DNA of 64,000 nucleotides from an uncultured Gemmatimonadales bacterium (GTDB lineage Bacteria; Gemmatimonadota; Gemmatimonadetes; Gemmatimonadales; GWC2-71-9): NCBI GenBank assembly GCA_963795085.1, contig CAWCFX010000001.1, positions 864,001 to 928,000 of the forward strand, read 5' to 3'. Shown piece by piece: positions 61,060 to 64,000 of this stretch (position 1 is its first letter; each line of letters starts with the position of its first letter). The notes under the pieces were generated by a model. It saw only the letters and a program-made list of their open reading frames with translations, ran no database searches and was not told where the DNA came from. The position numbers and the translations under genes were made by a program.

Positions 61060-62478
61060 ATGACGACACGAATCGAGAAAGACCCGCTCGGCGAAAAGCC
61101 GGTTCCCCAGGACGCCCTGTACGGTATCCAGACGCTCCGCGCCGCGGAGAATTTTCCCATTTCGGGACTCAAGCCCCTGCCGGCCTTCGTGGACGCCGTC
61201 GTCTGGATCAAGCGCTCGGCCGCGCTCACCCACAAGGAAACCGGGCGGCTGGAGCCCCGTCTGGCCGACGCGATCATCGCGGCGGCCGACGAAGTGCTCC
61301 AGGGACAATGGCGGGACCAGTTCATCGTGGACGTGTACCAGGCCGGCGCCGGGACCAGCCATAACATGAACGTGAACGAGGTCCTCGCCAACCGGGCCAA
61401 CGAAATGCTGGGGTCGTCCCGCGGGACGTACGCGCCGGTACATCCCAACGATCATGTCAACATGGCGCAGAGCACCAACGACGTGATCCCCACCGCCATG
61501 CGGCTGGCCACCCTGTCCACGCTGCCGCTCCTGCTGGACGGTATGCGCGCGCTGGCCGAGGCGCTGGCGGACCGGGGCCGTGCCTTCGACCATATCGTCA
61601 AATCGGGCCGGACCCACCTGCAGGATGCCACGCCGATCCGGCTGGGGCAGGAGTTCGCCGCCTACGCCCACACCGTCGAGCGGCACCGGCTGAAGCTGGC
61701 CGAAGCGGCCCGCTGGCTCCGGGACCTCGGCATCGGGGGTACCGCGGTGGGCACCGGACTCAACGCCGAAGAACGCTATCCCGAGCTGATGGTGCGGTAC
61801 CTGCGGGAGATCAGCGGGCTGGACCTGGCCGTCGGCCAGGACCGGATCCAGCTGATGCAGTCCATGGGGGACATCGCCGGCTTCAGCGGGGCCTTTCGGG
61901 CCTACGTGCTGGACCTCAACAAGATTGCCAATGACATCCGGCTGCTCGCCTCGGGGCCCCGGACCGGCCTGGCCGAGATCACCCTTCCGGCGGTCCAGCC
62001 GGGGTCCAGCATCATGCCCGGCAAGGTGAATCCCTCCATCGCCGAGATGGTGAACCAGGTCTGCTACCAGGCCCTGGGGCTCGACCTCACGGTGGCGACC
62101 GCCGCGGAGGCCGGCCAGCTGGAACTCAACGTGATGATGCCGGTGATCACCCATAATATCGTGTTCGGCCTGATCATCGTGGGCAATGCGAGCCGGGTGT
62201 TCGCCGAGAAATCGGTGCGGGGCATCGAAGCGGACGAAAAGCAGGCCACCTACTGGCTGGAGCGGAGTCCTGCCCTGGTTACCGCGCTGGCGCCCAAGCT
62301 GGGGTACGCCGAATCGGCCAAGCTCGCCAAGGAAGCCATCGCCAGCGGACTCACGGTCAAGGAACTGGTGACGAAAAAAGGCCTGCTCAAGGGCCAGGAG
62401 CTGGAGGACGTGCTCGACTTGCGGGCCATGACGGAGCTGGGCATTCCGGGAGGCAAGGCGCTGCCCGGGGGCGGATGA
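61060..62478 (+). CDS. aspA: Aspartate ammonia-lyase / class II fumarase family
   Basis: YGIQTLRA.ENF, GAGTSHNMNVNE, HPNDHVN, GRTHLQDA, GSSIMPGKVNP. Confidence 0.8.
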   Translation: MTTRIEKDPLGEKPVPQDALYGIQTLRAAENFPISGLKPLPAFVDAVVWIKRSAALTHKETGRLEPRLADAIIAAADEVLQGQWRDQFIVDVYQAGAGTSHNMNVNEVLANRANEMLGSSRGTYAPVHPNDHVNMAQSTNDVIPTAMRLATLSTLPLLLDGMRALAEALADRGRAFDHIVKSGRTHLQDATPIRLGQEFAAYAHTVERHRLKLAEAARWLRDLGIGGTAVGTGLNAEERYPELMVRYLREISGLDLAVGQDRIQLMQSMGDIAGFSGAFRAYVLDLNKIANDIRLLASGPRTGLAEITLPAVQPGSSIMPGKVNPSIAEMVNQVCYQALGLDLTVATAAEAGQLELNVMMPVITHNIVFGLIIVGNASRVFAEKSVRGIEADEKQATYWLERSPALVTALAPKLGYAESAKLAKEAIASGLTVKELVTKKGLLKGQELEDVLDLRAMTELGIPGGKALPGGG

Positions 62479-62481
62479 CCG

Positions 62482-63633
62482 GTGGACGCCGACCGCTCCC
62501 TTCCTGAACTCTCCTCCGATGAGCTGATCCGCTACTCCCGGCACCTCATCCTGCCGGGCATTGGCCCCGAGGGCCAGCGGCGCCTCAAGGCCGCCCGGGT
62601 GCTGGTGGTGGGGGCTGGAGGGTTGGGCTCCCCCTCCGCGATGTACCTGGCCGCCGCCGGGGTGGGCACTCTCGGGCTGGTTGATTTCGACAAGGTGGAC
62701 CTGTCTAACCTGCAGCGCCAGATCATCCACAGTACCAGCGCGGTGGGGCGCCCCAAGCTCGAATCGGCGGCGGCGCGAATCAGGGAGATCAATCCCCACG
62801 TGGCCGTGCGGCCGTTCGCGGCCCGGCTCACCTCGGAGAACGCCCTCGAGATTCTGGATGAGTTCGATATCATCCTCGACGGCACCGACAACTTCCCCAC
62901 CCGCTATCTCATCAACGACGCCTGTGTCCTGCTGGGCAAGCCGTACGTGTACGGGAGCGTCTTCCAGTTCGACGGGCAGGTTTCGCTCTTCTCCGCGCGG
63001 GAAGGGCCCTGTTACCGGTGTCTCTTCGCCGAGCCGCCGCCCCCGGGCCTGGTGCCGGGCTGCGCGGAGGGTGGGGTGATGGGCGTCCTGCCGGGCATCA
63101 TCGGCAGCATGCAGGCCCTGGAGGCGATCAAGTGGATCACCGGGGCGGGGGAGACTCTCCTCGGCCGCCTGCTGGTGTTCGATGCGCTCGCCATGCGGAC
63201 CCGGGAGATTCGGCTCCGGAAGGATCCGGCCTGTCCCGCCTGCGGCGCGACCCCCACCATCAGCGAGTTGATCGATTACGAAGCGTTCTGCGGGATATCG
63301 GCGGCGGTTCCCGACGGGCTGGAACTGGGGCCCCTCGAGCTGAAGCGGGCTTTGGACCAGGGCGAACCGATCCAGTTGATCGACGTGCGGGAGCCCTACG
63401 AGCACGAGATTGCCCGGATCGATGGCGCGCGCCTGGTTCCCCTGGGCGCGCTGGGATCCCGGCTGAACGAACTGGATCCCGGGCATCCGGTGGTGGCCTA
63501 CTGTCATCACGGGGCCCGGTCGCTCCAGGCCGTGGAGATGCTGCGGGCGGCCGGGTTTGCCGGTTCCCGGAGCCTGGCCGGGGGTATTGACGCCTGGGCC
63601 CGGGAAGTCAGTCCCGGCATGCCCAGGTATTGA
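62482..63633 (+). CDS. moeB: ThiF/MoeB adenylyltransferase with C-terminal rhodanese
   Basis: RYSRH, GAGGLG, SNLQRQ, DGTDNF, CYRC, CPAC, DVRE, YCHHGARS. Confidence 0.93.
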   Translation: MDADRSLPELSSDELIRYSRHLILPGIGPEGQRRLKAARVLVVGAGGLGSPSAMYLAAAGVGTLGLVDFDKVDLSNLQRQIIHSTSAVGRPKLESAAARIREINPHVAVRPFAARLTSENALEILDEFDIILDGTDNFPTRYLINDACVLLGKPYVYGSVFQFDGQVSLFSAREGPCYRCLFAEPPPPGLVPGCAEGGVMGVLPGIIGSMQALEAIKWITGAGETLLGRLLVFDALAMRTREIRLRKDPACPACGATPTISELIDYEAFCGISAAVPDGLELGPLELKRALDQGEPIQLIDVREPYEHEIARIDGARLVPLGALGSRLNELDPGHPVVAYCHHGARSLQAVEMLRAAGFAGSRSLAGGIDAWAREVSPGMPRY

Positions 63634-63636
63634 ACG

Positions 63637-64000
63637 CTATTGGCGGGTGGCCGTGAAGGTGCCGCTGAGGTTCTCCCAGACGTAGCTGCCGGTAATCGAC
63701 CCGTCGCCATCTGCGACGACGCCGGTCAGCCGCTGGGGCGGCGCGTTACTGAATTGCAGGGAAAAATTCCTCCCGCTGACTTGCCATCCCAGGATGGGGC
63801 CTGCGGGTTCGGTCGGGTCATTGGGATTATTGGGGCAATCCAGGACATAGGCGCCGTGGGTGCCGATGGGCGCGCCGGAGGGCGATTCGCTGAGGATGAC
63901 CGAGATCTGGCTCAGGCTGCACGTATTCGTGGCGGAAAAAGTCAGGATCCAGCTGCCGGTCACATTGGCGTCACGGGGGCCGCCCGGATCAGAACCGCCG
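63637..64000 (-). CDS. Hypothetical protein (5' partial, probably exported)
   Basis: Frame open to the window edge; beta-rich pattern (NVTGSW...GTFTATRQ). Confidence 0.55.
   Translation of the reverse strand, partial: GGSDPGGPRDANVTGSWILTFSATNTCSLSQISVILSESPSGAPIGTHGAYVLDCPNNPNDPTEPAGPILGWQVSGRNFSLQFSNAPPQRLTGVVADGDGSITGSYVWENLSGTFTATRQ

Overview
High-GC bacterial window; gene style suggests Gemmatimonadota (inference, no marker gene present). Positions 1-16.8 kb are an accessory region. It holds the end of a type II secretion-like operon (GspL/M-like, GspC-like, secretin) that runs directly into a sigma54 activator lacking a regulatory domain. Next come a candidate sigma54 promoter and a 1,645-aa signal-peptide-bearing Rhs protein with an HExxH metallopeptidase tip and a lipoprotein partner. 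An orphan Rhs tip follows (also HExxH), whose partner carries a GspG-pseudopilin-like motif. Each tip/partner module is followed by the same decayed IS3 end. After that lie a 21/22-bp-period non-coding array, a DUF429 pseudogene and three toxin-antitoxin-like pairs before tRNA-Ala(TGC). The rest is mostly core: SOD, Prx, two-component systems (one kinase frameshifted at a G7 run), a TonB/ExbB/ExbD cluster, membrane PPase, peptidoglycan recycling, inositol-lipid synthesis, 2-oxoacid dehydrogenase with duplicated E1-alpha, trxB, aspA/fumC-family lyase and moeB. It also contains a probable selenocysteine peroxiredoxin (in-frame TGA at the catalytic position) reading in frame into an SDR. The best candidate for an undescribed system is the T2SS + sigma54 + Sec-exported Rhs polymorphic metallopeptidase locus. 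All calls come from motif reading; no database searches were run.
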